From Octopus sinensis (taxonomy: Eukaryota), in assembly GCF_006345805.1 (NCBI RefSeq), contig NC_043005.1, positions 69,440,001 to 69,504,000 of the forward strand: a stretch of DNA of 64,000 bases, in the 5' to 3' direction. Each line of letters opens with the position of its first letter. The stretch's first letter is position 1. This document shows positions 38,890-53,992 of the stretch, one piece after another. The translations under genes were made by a program, and so were the position numbers. The notes under the pieces are model-generated. The model did not search any database, was not told where the DNA came from, and worked only from the letters and a program-made list of their open reading frames with translations.

Positions 38890-39850
38890 GTCAGATGGTA
38901 AGGAAAATTTCATGCATTTGCAGAATTCAAGAATATACAATTTCCAATCAAATTTGACACAAAAGAACTTGCTTTTCTCAATATTTCAATCACAGACACG
39001 AATGGAAGAATATATCTGGACATATTCTATGAACCAAGGACTACAATCAATATATTATATTCAAATCATGTCGCCCAAATCACATAATTCAACAGTCCCT
39101 TTAACCTAGAAAAGCAATTATGCATATTTGTATCAAACCCATCTACACGAGAAGAAAACCTGGATGAACTGAAGAACATAATGTTCCAAAGAGCATTTCC
39201 ATTGAGCAATACCACCAACAGAATAAAACATGTTGATATCCAAGTCCTAATGAAAAGCATAACAAGGAAAAACATTTTACCGTACTTGTCAAACTTCAAC
39301 CCCTGAAGCATAGAAATATTTGAATACATCCATAAAATACTACATGCCACTTCTATTCGAGGATCAAAAACTGCAAATATTCTGAATGCCCCAAATTATC
39401 AAATGTAAATATCAAATGTTCTTACGGGAACAAAAACACATCAACATTCTTCAACGCAACTGTGACGAAATTCAGAAGAACAATCTATTGCACATGTCTG
39501 TACTAAACTGATGAACCAGAATTCAAATTTAAAGATGGCCAAGCATTCAAAGTAAATCTCAATATCACTTGCAAATCAGAAAATTTAATCTACGTAACTA
39601 CATGCAGTTGATATCCACAAAGTTTTATATCACGCAAGCGCGTGTCATTACGAAAAATATGGCGATTCACTGTCATCAGATCTGACACTAAAATGCAAGG
39701 AAAATTTTCTTCACATTGAAGCTTGTGCAGGAGTGCGACTTAGCCAACTTGAAATTCTACTAAGTCTACAAGTACTCAGACCATTTCACTAAGCAGCAAA
39801 GTTAATGAAAACCATTTCTTTTAAAATATAAACCAAAATGTATATAAACT
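38890..39850 (+). pseudogene. Penelope-like element RT C-terminus and GIY-YIG, frameshifted
   Basis: LAFLNISI..DIFYEP, QYIIFKSCRP, FKVNLNITCKSENLIYVTTC, terminal ENHF..YKPK-like segment. Confidence 0.75.
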
Positions 39851-40809
39851 ACGGAGAACAAGGTACATAATTACATATGAAACCTTCAAACATTAGCCAG
39901 TAAAGAATGATCTATAATTTACACACATCCACATCATTATTTTATTGTGAGTTTGTGAGTCTTAAACTGTCTCTTAAAACAGAAATCTATGCAAATAAAT
40001 AATCTGCCTCGTATGCATGTGTGTGTGTGTATATATGTGTGAGTGTAAGTGTGTGTGTATGCGGGTGTGTGCGGTACCACGCCTGCATGTTTATGAAACT
40101 ATTCTGGTGCTTCATTCTCATCCTGTTTAGTGTCTACAAATTAGACGCGCACGCGCATATTCCAATAACATGCACCACAAAGACAAATGTAAAGTAATTT
40201 CTAAGGAACATATTTGAATCTATTTGCTTTTTTACTTATCTGGACATTTATCACAGTACACATCCAGCCAGAACTGAACATATGGAGAGAAAATAATTCT
40301 GCTAGTCAATTCAATAGAAGTTTTGATACAAAATAATTTCTTCCCTGCAACAATATTTGATAAAGAAAACTACACAAAGCGCGCGCACATGCACACAAAC
40401 ATACAAAGACACACACGCACACACACTCTTAATGAAAAAAGAGAAATTTCTATAGAATTTGCGACCATCCTTAAATCTATTTAAGACAATATATTCACAT
40501 GCACACGTAGATGAGCGTAATCTGAATAGGAAATACAGTGCATCACAATTCAATACAACTTTTGACACTTGATCACTTGAAAACCATCCAAAGCCCTTTA
40601 AATAAAAAGAAAATATTAAACATATTTATGACTATTCACAGAATAGCAATTCAAAGTGTTTTAATTTCTAAAGTTTAATTCTTATTTCTTAATTCTTCAC
40701 TTTGAATTTTCAATATTTCCTGCGATAAATGATTAGTAAGATTAATATTTAGGATTATTAAGATTATTATTATTATTTATCATTTCTTATCATTATTATT
40801 ATCATTATT

Positions 40810-40876
<67 letters not shown>

Positions 40877-40883
40877 TATTATT

Positions 40884-41330
40884 ATATTATTATTATTATT
40901 ATATGGTTGACTTTTGCTTTACATTTGCACAAGCTTGCACCAAGTCTCGTCCAGAGACCTCAAGAGCCAACAAGTTGGAATTTCATGTTGGTGTTATGCC
41001 TAGGGTGCCATATATTTGGTTTTGTGATTAGTGTTGTACTAGTGAATGACTAAAAATAAACCATACGAAAATTATGTTTGTTTTAAAACTTAAGATTACA
41101 AAGAAAGTATTTTGCGTAGGATATGAGCAGTTCCTATGAGAACTATCTTTTTAATTTCTGCCATTTTGAGGTTTCCTGGTATCTGAGTTAGGTAGCAATC
41201 ACCGCCTTTTGCTATCATTCCCAGGACACCTATGACAACAGGTATTGTTTTAGTCTTCAGGTTCCACATTTTGCTGATTTCTATTTCCTGTAGGTCTTGA
41301 CAGATACGTTTATATCGATTGGGACAGTCA
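40884..41330 (-). mobile_element. 3' fragment of a second R4/Dong subfamily, between TAA tracts
   Basis: DLQEIEISKMWNLKTKTIPVVIGVLGMI..KIVLIGTAHILRKILSL* aligns with the last ~65 aa of ORF 10283..11500. Confidence 0.85.
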
Positions 41331-41345
41331 TTATTATTATTATTA

Positions 41346-41383
<38 letters not shown>

Positions 41384-41432
41384 GTTATTAATCATCATCA
41401 TCATCATCATCATCATTATTATCATTATTATC

Positions 41433-41985
41433 TGAGAGTGCAGTGCATGCCATCAAACTGGCACTAGGGTAAAATATACGAAACTCAGTATACTCATCAT
41501 GAACACCCGTCTGATAACGGTACACTAGTCATATGCATTACAGCATATGTGCGTGACATGGTGATCTCATATCAAGATAAACAGCATATGACATTGCAGG
41601 TGGTGGCCCAGTTAGAATTTTCTTCTGGTCGAGTAACCCATCCTGCTCAAAAAATCCCTGAATAAGGTTTGTTTAATGATGTTGAAGGAAACAGCCATGT
41701 TTCTAGAGGTGAATTATTCAAACCCCAAATAATCCCACTCAACACATGGCTATGATGCTCCTCCGCTACTTCTGCTCGTGTTCAGAGATGCACATATCGT
41801 CAGCCATTAAGGGACTTGTTCAACTGATTACGGTCAAACAACTGACAAGCAAATCTGTTGTATTGAGCAGAATATTTGATGTAGCCCATCTTTTATACCA
41901 AGACAAAATAATGTACATGATAAAATTCCAATCAGTTAAGATCAGAAGCCAGCAGAGCCACTGTCTGGTAGCGCATCAGGGCATT
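41433..41985 (-). mobile_element. ~555-bp non-coding interspersed element embedded in a TAA microsatellite, copy 2
   Basis: Collinear with 33473-34028, with the same termini and (TTA)n-type flanks. Confidence 0.8.
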
Positions 41986-42006
41986 TTGGTATTATTATTA
42001 TTATTA

Positions 42007-42048
<42 letters not shown>

Positions 42049-42177
42049 ATTATTATTATCATTATCATTATCTTTATTATTATTTTTATTATTCTTAATA
42101 TTTTTATTACTATTATTCTTATTATTACTATTATTCTTATCGTTATTAGTAGTAGTAGTAGCGGTAGCAGTAATAAT

Positions 42178-42234
<57 letters not shown>

Positions 42235-42389
42235 CGTAGTAATAGTAGTAGTAGTAGTAGTAGTAGAAGTACGAGGTTGAGCACGCAGTATCCGCAGCGA
42301 AACAGCTTCGAACCTTTTCGTCCTAGGTTGTTTTCCTCGGCTTCGATACAGTCCTGGTAACTGATCAAGCCTCTCCCAACCTTTCTTCC

Positions 42390-42517
42390 GGAGGTCGACT
42401 TTAGCTTACATCCTTCGAGCTCGATGAAATAAATACCTATTGAGCGCTGGTGTCGATGTAGACGTCTTGCCGCTTCCATTGAACCTACTGGTGTTGTACC
42501 GAAGTTCGAAGCGAATA
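42390..42517 (+). mobile_element. Degenerate 3' part of SINE family 2
   Basis: GAGGTCGACTTTAGCTTACATCCTTCGAG..GATGAAATAAATACC..TGGTGTCGATGTA. Confidence 0.6.
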
Positions 42518-42711
42518 AGATGTACATGAATAACGAAACTAGTCACTTTAGGTAACTAATATAAAAATATATATCCTGTAAAATCGAAAAGAGAAATGAA
42601 AAAGAATATTTAAACATATTTTCCATGTCCTTTCCCCTTTTACCTTTAATCTATAACTATATATTTGTGTGTATATGTATGTATACATACATACACACAC
42701 GCACATATGTA

Positions 42712-42754
<43 letters not shown>

Positions 42755-42950
42755 GTATATATAATACAAATAAGAAAATGGAGGTCTATTGATGAAAGTA
42801 TCTCATTCTGCCTATAGTAGTCAGATGTATTGAGGTAATATGCAGTTAAAAATGAGTTACTTATACATATACATATATCTCAAGGCCTCGTCAGAGTTTA
42901 CAAAGTAAAGTTATAAAAATGTAAATATAAATAAGAAACAAAATACACAT

Positions 42951-42996
<46 letters not shown>

Positions 42997-43024
42997 CGTG
43001 TGTGTGTGTGCGTACGTGTGTGTA

Positions 43025-43056
<32 letters not shown>

Positions 43057-43609
43057 CATCGAAACATCTGTAAATATATATTTATATATATATATAAGCA
43101 TGTGTAGCATACGTATGTATATATGTATGTACATATAGACAAGTATATATATGTACATACCCCCCACACACATATATATATATATGTGTCCGTGCGTACG
43201 TGTGTGTTAATACGATTCTTTGTGCGAGACAGGCTTTGGAATATTTTTGTCATATTAGCATTTGTCTATATTTAGAATCACATCAATTATAACATACCAT
43301 TCTTGTGATTAGATTATATATCAACAGAAATGTAGGTGTATTATTATGCATTCTTGTGGAACGTTGCTATTCGTGTTACAGGTACTCTCGTATTACTGTC
43401 CTGTTTATCAGCTTTTATTCCGGTTTTTACAATATTTTACAGGTTCCAATGTCCAGTTCAGGATGAAAGGTACCATGAACATTCTGTAGGCAAATAGGAA
43501 AACAAAATCCTGGAATTCTAATTATTTGCAAAGACCTGCCATACATGATGACGATGATGATGATGATGATGATGATGATCATCATCATCATCATCATCAT
43601 CATCCTCAT

Positions 43610-43840
43610 GGATGGAAGATTTCAAACTATATGGCAAATATAAGACACACGTTAACTCCTGGGTGAACAAGATATAAGGTTTTAGTTCTGGTATTTGAAT
43701 GGAATGTGGACTCAAAATGTGTGGAATAATCTACATAATAAGGGGAAAGATACAGTCCCTGGCAGGCATAGAATTACCAGATAAAGACTCGATTAAGCAA
43801 TCTGAAATGGAAGAATACAAATAAGGCTGTCGAAGATAAT
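43610..43840 (+). pseudogene. Decayed R4/Dong-type RT catalytic region
   Basis: WMEDFKLYGK..FSSGI*MECGLKMCG..RGKIQSLAGIELPD..EYK*G corresponds to YMDDLKLY..FSxDIGMEFGLxKC..GIELPD..YKYLG. Confidence 0.75.
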
Positions 43841-44749
43841 ACAGGCAAAAAAACAGATGGCCGCATTTGACAAAAAGTTATTTAAAACCGGAAACAGGAA
43901 ATGACTTGCAAATGTAATAATTGTTTACAACTGCACCCCAAAATATAATGAATAAACAGCTACAGAAAGAGAGAGAAGAGAAAGAGAGAGAGAGACTAAT
44001 AAATAAAACAATGCGTAGAGAAACCTTTAAAAAAAAATCGAGTATACTCTCACATACTGACAACTGCTTAATCAAAAAATGGTCATTAAACATACATCAT
44101 AACATAAACACATCATGAAAGTTGAGAATTCGTACCTCAACAAATAGAAGAAAATGACAAAAGGCCAAAAGAAATTTGAGTGTTTCTTCCAAGAGAAAGA
44201 ATATATTAAAGAAATGAAACATATTTATTGGGATATTTACAATAAAATTATTCACTTCAATGGGTGAACAACATGAATGACGATTCCTATTTTCTTGTGG
44301 TGAGGTATGTTGTTGAACAAATAGTCAGCACACTGAAAGAGTGCACCACTAGATAATGCGAAGAAGGCAAAGTGTTGCAAATAGAAATATCATATCCTAA
44401 AGGAATTTCTGACCATAATACATTATGATCAGATAACCTCTGGGAAAAAAAAAAACCTCCTCAGAATGACTGTGCACATTTCTAAACAAAATAACATAGA
44501 TCGGATATTGATACATCTTTTTGCACAAGGCATTTCTACAGGCACAGAAATTCCCTAAGAATCCTTACACATATAATTAAAATTAATATTTGGCGGTAAT
44601 ATATTGGGAAACGGCATATCAGCACAAACGCAGATGAGTTACCGAATTTAATGTGAGTGCTACAGACTGGAGTAACTATTAAGCCGAAAAATAAAAAAAA
44701 AAACAGAAAGAAATGAAAAATAAACGTAATTCAGCGGGACATAAAGTAA

Positions 44750-45742
44750 GTGTAATATATATCATATAATATAATGGGATTAAAAACATTGAGCCCGACA
44801 GTACATTCAATGTTAAAAATCAATGAATGTCATATTGTCCAACTTAGTAAAATGCAGACGTTGACTAAAGTTCAAAACATTTGTATTAGACTCCTTTTAG
44901 CTTCTGAATCTAAAACAGAATTCATGAATGCCTAAATACAACGGACCATAAAATAATTGAGATAAAATGAAATCATATTCATTACATATGGAAGAATATA
45001 GGGAGAAAATCACGTGTCTAGAACAGTTACAAATAGCTTATTCCTACTTTAAAACCCTATCGGTCAGTTTTTGACAACTCCTAAAGAACAATTAAAAAAT
45101 AACAGCTATAGGACACTGGATATCAAAGAAAGACTGAAAACGAATATTAAAAATCATTCATGAAAACATTTCAGCACATATGTCACGATATAAAAAAGAA
45201 GTTGGAAGTTGAACACAAGGAAAAAAAAAACTATGTAGAATAAATAACCGAGAGTATTCAATTGATAGAAATGAAAATAAAATTTTAAATATTTGAAAAA
45301 AAAAAACACGAGAAAAATGAGATTGCAAATATATCAATCCCTTGTGAATAATATGGGAGTTTTCTATTTGGTAGGTTTATATCAGGAAGATAGACAACAG
45401 TGAGCTGCAGCAGGATTCAATCAAATAATTTTCAGTTATGTATAATGATTGCATATTAAAAATAGAAAACGAAGACAGCTCACTAAACAAGCAATGGACA
45501 ACTTAAATATTACGTCAATAAGTAATAATAATGAAGGATAATATTTAGTGTCAACACAGATTAATGAAATCACTGAAATATATAATTTGATGGAGTAAAT
45601 CAAACACGAAATTGAAGAGACAACATAAATACAAATTCAAAACAGGTTACAGAGCAGTCACGATTATACACCACGAAAGAGACATAAATTAGCACACAAA
45701 CTGTACTGTTATGGATCATATAAATAAATCACACACTGCCCC

Positions 45743-45778
<36 letters not shown>

Positions 45779-47680
45779 GCACACACACACGGATGAATAT
45801 GAAGAACATAATCCGACTGAGTTTAGGCCAAATGGCTTTTAACAAAGCGATTAGTACCGACTACATAAAAGAATGGAAAATATTATTTCTAACGCAGTTC
45901 TTCTTTGGGAATATTATGTGCCTCAAGTAAACATTTCAAGGGAAGGTAAAATTTTGAAGTACGTGAAAACATGAACACGAACATAATTAAACATCATCAC
46001 GGGAAAGTCACATCAGTGTATTAAGAAGCAGACGATTAAAAACCAGAAACATTTCAATGCTTCTGTTTGCATATAGCAACCGGTGATAATGAGACATATC
46101 TGAGAAAAATAGGAAGGCACAGAAAATATATTAACAAGAGTAATTCAAAATACCCATATAAACAGGAATCATTAAAGAACTGCTAGAACGTGTAATTTCC
46201 ACGGGATGAAATAAATTAAGAGAATCCATTTAAGAAAGAAATGATGATTTGCATTGCTAAAACATTTATAGTTTAGCTTTCTTTAAATATATTTGAGGTT
46301 TGCCAACATTCATTTCCTTACCTCTCCGTCCGTGTTTTCTTTTCGCCTCTCTTTATTATACACTATTGTGGTTCGTCTCCGATCCATGTGCTATATCTGC
46401 CTATCCTTTCTTGGTTGGCTCCCAACCGTGTTTCTTGTGAATCCATAGTTTAGGTGATTTCCGTACATAGAATTCATGTATAACTGACCGTGATTGACCC
46501 CGCATATTTTATTTACATGTTTAACCACTTCTAAACGTTTCTCTTATTCAGGAATGTTCACTGAAATTTCCTGAAACGACTACATGCCTGCTTTGCTGTA
46601 TGTTAAATGCAGTCATTTACGAAACTTTTTCTCGTCTAATTCGATATACATCTCATTCTTGGGATTGGCAACTGCTGATATTACATTTGTGAGGTCAGGA
46701 TTAACTTCGTACTTTGCTGTTAAGCAAAATGTATGATATAATTTATAAACTCCGAATAGCATTCCACCAGATAACTCTCCTCCATGAATATGAGCGGTCC
46801 TCTTAAGACGTTATATAAAACTATTTTGAAGAGAGCATTCCCATAAATCAAAAAAGCAATAACCCCTTGTCAAATTCAATTGCATAGGATATCAACTAAC
46901 AAGTTTACACATAAACTCCATACAACATTTCCTATCAAGAGCTAAAGCTTGCAAAGGTGTATAGCTGTTAATATATACGGTTCACTGTTATCAGCTGTGT
47001 TATTACGAAAAATGAAGAATTTATTTAAGGTAAAATAACATATCAATCAAATACATCTGTTGGAATTTCAATGATAATGAAAGAGAGAGAGAGAGAGAGA
47101 GTAAATGATATAAACAAATTATGAAATAACTGATTCTTTATGAGCGAGCAAAAACGATGGAAATACAAGTGAAGCATCTCGACAGGTTGGAACAAGATAA
47201 ACAGACGTCCAGTATGGAAAACTGAAAATTGAACTGTTGTATACTCTAAGGAAAACGGCTAAGAATTACATCTGGAACAAGCAAGAATTATACAGGAAAT
47301 TGGTATATCCGCGTGTAACAATTGTAAAATGGAAGTTCCCCTATACGAAGTGGCAATAGGGGCGCGATGTCGTTAAACTGGCAATAGGAGAAGATGCTGA
47401 GTCAAGAAGGTAGGACGAAAAGTGTAAATGCTAATGGTAGCCACGAAGAGATTGTAAAACCAATAGAACAAATTTGAACAAGATGTTACTAATAATTGTG
47501 TCTAGCTTCGAATGTATGAAAAGCAGATTCTACAGCATAAAATGCATGAAATTTATATTACCACAACATATATTACATTCAATACTGTCCTAGCCGTAAA
47601 TCACATATCCATGGCTGCAAGAAGTGCAATAGAAAATGAATTTCACTATTTTTGACAGATAATTGTAAGTGGAAAATAAA
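44750..47680 (+). mobile_element. Possible very old L1/Tx1-like LINE relic
   Basis: A-rich plus strand. ISYNIMGLKT (APE start-like) near 44760, AFNK..IKEWKIL near 45830, CKKC..ENEFHYF (C-terminal knuckle-like) near 47615. All fragments are short and heavily decayed. Confidence 0.3.
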
Positions 47681-48738
47681 AAGAAAATTGAAACAAATCA
47701 GCATCAACATTTGAGAAGAGACCTGCTTTAACTACAGTTCACAAATATTGAAGAAAGGATGACAACAAATATAACTAATTTAAAATGATATGAAAAGAGA
47801 ATATCTCTTTTTACAGAGAATATTGTCCTTTTCAATTGATCACAAGGAAATGTTCGAAAACTTGGTGTAAAAAAAATAAACAAAATGATTAAGTACCAGA
47901 CGCCAAAAGGAGAAATAAAATATTACGTATATACTGTGAGAGAACATACCCATAACGAGTAGACATATGTTGGTTGAAGTTGTAGACGAATTAAAATGCG
48001 TAAAAAGTGACTGTTATTGCTGTTATTGATAGTGACTTGTTTTGCTTTGTTAGTGAGAGGTGTTTTAGAGAAAATTATATTGACAATATTTGGGGCCATG
48101 TTAGCGTGTAGAATTATTTCATGTATGGCGATATTTGTAAGCAAGTGAGTTTCCTTAGGTGTGTTCGTGTGCTAAGTAGGCACCGGTTGTGTTCGTAGTT
48201 TAGTTATTTTTGGTTTTATTGAATTTTAGCGATTGCTTTGACAATGAAAATATGAATGTTACAAAATCTGTTATTTATTTAAATCATTAATAACAGGGTT
48301 TGTCAAACTTTTTTAAAGTCCCACTTTCTCGTGTATTCAGTGACCTAAATAATTATAAAATACCCACTTTTGAAATAGAATGGAAGAAATATTTATAAAC
48401 ACACAGTCCACGAACATAGCCTTCATAAAAGTCAAGTGTTAAAATGCTTCTATACTAATTAAATATCTCCAAAACACCGCTCCGTAACAACCTAAATACT
48501 GCACCACAAGTAAAGAAGACGAAACAAAGACTATGTAAAGTCAAAAGTTAACTCTAATGCATCACAATCTCAACATGCTTTGACGGGGCAAAACTTCGAA
48601 ATCACAGAAACAACAATATTCTTTGATGAAGAATAACCATATACTCTACTAAACTATAACTTATCCCCCCAGAATAATGTAAATTTTGGTTTATAGAAAC
48701 AAATATTTCTCTCTCTCTCCCTCTCTCTCTATCAGTCT

Positions 48739-48777
<39 letters not shown>

Positions 48778-48936
48778 AAAATTTCTCTCTCTCTCTCTGT
48801 ATATATATATATATATACAGAGAGAGAGAGAGAGGGAGAGAGAGAGAAAAAGAAATAGAGAGATACGTATATATGTACATGCATATATACACACAAACAT
48901 ATGTACATGATTACATACACTCACATACTCATACAC

Positions 48937-49043
<107 letters not shown>

Positions 49044-49623
49044 CATAAACATATTAAGTATAGATTTTTCTCTTTTCACTATTTTTATCGTTTATATTAC
49101 ATATTGACTCGCCGTATTCCTGCCGCAAGGAGAATTAGTGAAATAATTAGGTGAATGTAAGGAAATGACATTACACGTACTTACAACGCAATTGTAAACC
49201 AAATGATATCACCACACACGCACACACATACACACACACACTCACACACACATACATACATATCACAAGTGTGGTTTCTCCATGTGAAAGATTCTGATTT
49301 TCACAGGTGTCGTATTAGTTTCAGGAAAAATATCTAGAGAAGACATTACAGTACCAAATGATATCTACTTAAAAAGTGATGCATATGTATGTGTGTGTGA
49401 GTGTGCGCGTGCATACGTGTCTGTATGTGTGTGTAGGCGCATGTGTGTGTATGTGTGAATGCACGCGATGTGATGGAAATAGAGTTTACTTCCGTGTATC
49501 ACCTTAAGTGTATGAATATATCTACGATTCAAGTGTAAGTATGCATATAACTGCTTATAGACTTAGACACACACTCACATATCTGAATAAATACACACAT
49601 ACACACACACACATATATATATA

Positions 49624-51138
49624 CAGTTTCGGCCAAAATGTTCAGAACGGCATTGTTTTCGTCAGAAAAGTAGATGTACTTTTTTATCAAAGTTGTTTTA
49701 TATTCTCTAATTTTCAAGACAATCAATACAATAGTATGTGTTATTGCCTGCGATTTTAGTGTAATTTGAGAGGATAATACAAAAGTTATGGATGATTTAG
49801 GGATTTACTGCAAAACCCATGGCGGCCAAAACGATCAGAACGGTTGCTTTTACTCCGTGTTTTAGTATTTTTAACCGGTGAACTCTAATGTTTTGAATTT
49901 ATTTACCTGACGGTTCGTTCACTAAACATGAGTAATAATATTTGCAGTGTACTTTGTTAATATAATGCCACTTACTCCGTTACCAATTCGTGAGCAGATT
50001 ATTAAGCTTCGAAGGAAGGATAATGTAAGAATTGAATCTATTGCAAAGATTGTTAACAAGTCAAAAAGTGTTGTACACGGTATTCTTAAGGTTTACGATG
50101 ATTGTGGTTCGTGTGAAGCAAGAAGGTTTACAGGAAGACCAAGAAAAACGACCAAGAGAGAAGATCGTGCTATGGTAAAGTTGGTTAAAAAGGACAGATT
50201 TAAAACTGCTGCTGCTGCTGCTTCTCGGCAAATGAGCATTGTATTGAAGAAAAGTTTATCTCGAAAAACTGTCTCGTCGTTTAGTTGATCATGACCTACA
50301 AGCAAGAGCACCTGCACTGAAGCCATTGATCAGCTCCAACAATCAAAAGTGTCGTCTTACCTTTGCAACCGAACATGTGTAGTGGTCTCAAGAAAAATGG
50401 CAAATGGTGCATTTCAGTGATGAATCTAAGTTTATGCTATTTGGCTCAGATGGGAAAAAGGTACGTTCGTAGAAAAGTAGGTGAAAAATGGTCGCCTAAA
50501 TGCCTTAAGACTACTGTTAAATTCGGTGGATGAAGTGTCATGGTTTGGAGAATGATATCTGGAGATGGTGTGGGCCCTTTGGTGCGATTACATGGAAAGT
50601 TAAATGCAGGAGTTTATAAACAACTTGTAAAAGATCATGTCTTACCTGTGCTGAGAAATTCAACTAAGCGACCACCCATATTCATGCAGGACAATGCCCC
50701 ATGTCACAAGGCTAAGGTGGTCATGAACTTCCTCAAGGCTGAAAAGGTTATTGTTATGGATTGGCCAGCTCAAAGCCCAGATCTCAATCCTATTGAAAAT
50801 GTGTGGAATATTCTAGGAGAACATTCGAAAGCCAGAAATCCTAAAACAACTGAGCAATTATGGAATGCCCTTCAGGAAGAATGGAATAAGATCACCCAGC
50901 AAGAAATTTAAAAAAATAATTTCCTCATGCAGTCGAAGATGTCAAAGTGTGATTGAAGCTAAAGAGCTTTTCACTAAATGTTAAATAATTCCAGTATTCT
51001 CTGTCATTTTTGATTATTTTGTTATTTTTTCAACCGTTCTGATCATTTTGGCCACCATGGGTTTTGCAGCAAATTACTAAATCGTCCATAACTTTTGTAT
51101 TATCTTCTCACATTACACCAAAATCTCAGACAATAACA
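49624..51138 (+). mobile_element. Tc1-family DD34E transposon with long IR/DR-type TIRs. Transposase disrupted, right TIR truncated.
   Basis: TA|CAGT start. HTH region with TGRPRKTT, FSDESKF, QDNAPCH-(34 aa)-SPDLNPIEN. The left TIR 49624-49845 has DRs at 49631-49650 and 49824-49843; its inner half is mirrored at 51030-51138. Confidence 0.92.
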
Positions 51139-51732
51139 ATTAATATTACCATTTTGTAAGAAACATATCCGTTAGATTCTAATTCTTATTTTTATATTGT
51201 AGTTTACTGCACATATAGACGTGCATGCACATTGTTATGTTTGTCTATTTTTTTCTTTCGTCTCTCTCACTATTATTATTACTGTTAATTTTTCCGTTTT
51301 ACAACTTGCTTGTAAATGTCCGGTTTTCCCTTTTACCCCATTTCTATACTCCCTTATTGTCTCTTATTTTGATTTACTTTATTTTATTAAACTTCTTTGA
51401 TGTCCTTCCAAAAATTCCTCACACTGATGAGAATGACAATGCAACAGTTTAATTATAATTACTATGATTAAAATTATATATTTGTTTCGTCCTTTGAAAC
51501 GCACGTATATATTGAATGCTATTTCGGATTAAATCTAATTGATTCTAATAGTTTATGGTATATATATGCCTATGACGATACTTTTCTATTACCATTTTCC
51601 TATTCATTCTTATTAATTTATCTAGCTGTTTTTATGAATATGATGAATCTTTATTAGAAATCATTCTTTCTCTCTTTTTGGACCGCTCAAAAAGTTTGAA
51701 TTATTCTTTTTTGAACTTAATATTTTCCCACA

Positions 51733-51816
<84 letters not shown>

Positions 51817-53261
51817 AGTGTGTGTGTATGCGTGTGTGTGTGTGTGTGTGCGTGTGTGTGTGAAGATATGTGTATGTGTATGTTTTTGAATTTTGTGTAT
51901 TCGTGTAAGCGCGTCTGAAAATAAAATTGAATATTCAGATTGAATCACGCCATGACTGTGTCTATATATAATTGAACAAACGGTTGAAGAAATTTCTTAA
52001 CCATCCAATATCTGTACTCGTCAATTCAACCACGTATTTATGCTGTGTATTTATTCTGTGATCCAAAACTATATCACTTCAATTTAACAAGCTATTTCAA
52101 TTATTTAGCCCAATCTCTCATTCTATCTCACGCACTTGCTTTCCTTCTCCGTCTCTCCTGTGTATAAACATATATATATGTATATGTGCGTGTTGCTTCA
52201 TGACTGCAGTTTATTTTCAAGAAATAAATGCCCATTATTATTCGGTGTTAACTGTTTGTGGGTATAACAACTGGCAGAATAGGGAGAGTTACCTGTGTAA
52301 CATACAGTTTCTTTTCATCACTAGATGAGAACACTTTAAGTTTCTGTGCTTGTATTAGTATTTCAGCGCTGTTACCAGTTTACTCCAATAAATATTCATG
52401 GAAGGGTCGCAACAGTATTTTAGATAAAGGGAGGACGTGTAGATTTCCGGGAAGACAGTTATATCTGAGATACACACCAAAACTAATTCCCTTGAGTCAA
52501 ATATATATTTCAAGTTTCTTTACTAATTCTAGAGCAGTGTCATCTGCGTCATCTGTTTGTAAGGAAAAAAATATATAATATTTTTGAGACGAAAATATGC
52601 GAAAGTATGGGAGTCTTGCAGCAACTACGTTAATGCACTAACTAACCAGTAAACATACTGCTGTGTTTGATAAACCTGAACGATAGATCGAACAAACTCT
52701 CATCTGGATGAAAAACTTTAAGTAGTCACGTGCGTTATTTGTACATATGAAATACCCATGTAGACAAGACACATATCTTGTAGACAGAAATAATTTCCAT
52801 ACAGATTTATTTCCACAGCAGCCTCTGCCTGGATTCATATACCTTTGACATACAATCGCAATGTAAACCATTACTTACATAGTAATCTTGATAACCAAAC
52901 GACGTATCTTTCGTCACCTTTTTGTTTTCCGGTTTCACTCCATATACAAATGACTTAGATGAAGAATACAATAATAGCGAAACAATTAATCTAAAGTATA
53001 TGTGGAAGGAGTTTTATTGAAATTTCAGTCCATCCGCAAGTAAAACGCTCAAATACAATTACATAGTTTAGCAGTACTGTTGAGGGATGAGATAAATATC
53101 ATATACACAGGGTGCACGAGTGGAAAATCAGGAAAATGAAAAAAAAACATGTCAGAGTTTAAAAGACTCCTTTAAAGCAGAACGGGATTATGGGAACAAT
53201 CTGATTTTCTGATGTACCGAAAAATATCTCAAAATCATCGAGCACAAACCTATATATATAT

Positions 53262-53318
<57 letters not shown>

Positions 53319-53430
53319 TATGTATGCATATATAAATATATATATATATGTGTATATAGATATATATATATATAATATATATATATGTGTATATATATAT
53401 ATATATTATATTATATATATATATAATATA

Positions 53431-53482
<52 letters not shown>

Positions 53483-53909
53483 TGTGTGTGTGTGTGTCTG
53501 TGTCTGTGTCTGTGTGTCTGTGTGTCTGTGTGTGGAGAGAGACAGAGAGAGAGAGAGAGAGAGTGATTCGCACATATATGACCAAGTAATGTTCATAGAA
53601 GTGTCTAGCAATCCAGGCATTGTGAGTGATGAATCAAAATAGTAAATAGGGCAAATGTTCCTACGGGTAACGAGGACCATATTTAACCATGGCGAACAAT
53701 TCAAAACTCGACAGAGACTATTTATCTTGCTCTTTGTCATTGTCAATCTATCGCTTTCCATTTTGATTCTATTTCGTTTAACACGTACAGGAAGAACCGT
53801 GCACTCACAAATACAAACACCAAATTTATTTGTGCGTTTCAGCGTATGCAAGTTTAAGCATCTGTCACAATGTGCATGTGTATGTGTGTATGCGTTTGGT
53901 TTTGTGTAC

Positions 53910-53992
<83 letters not shown>

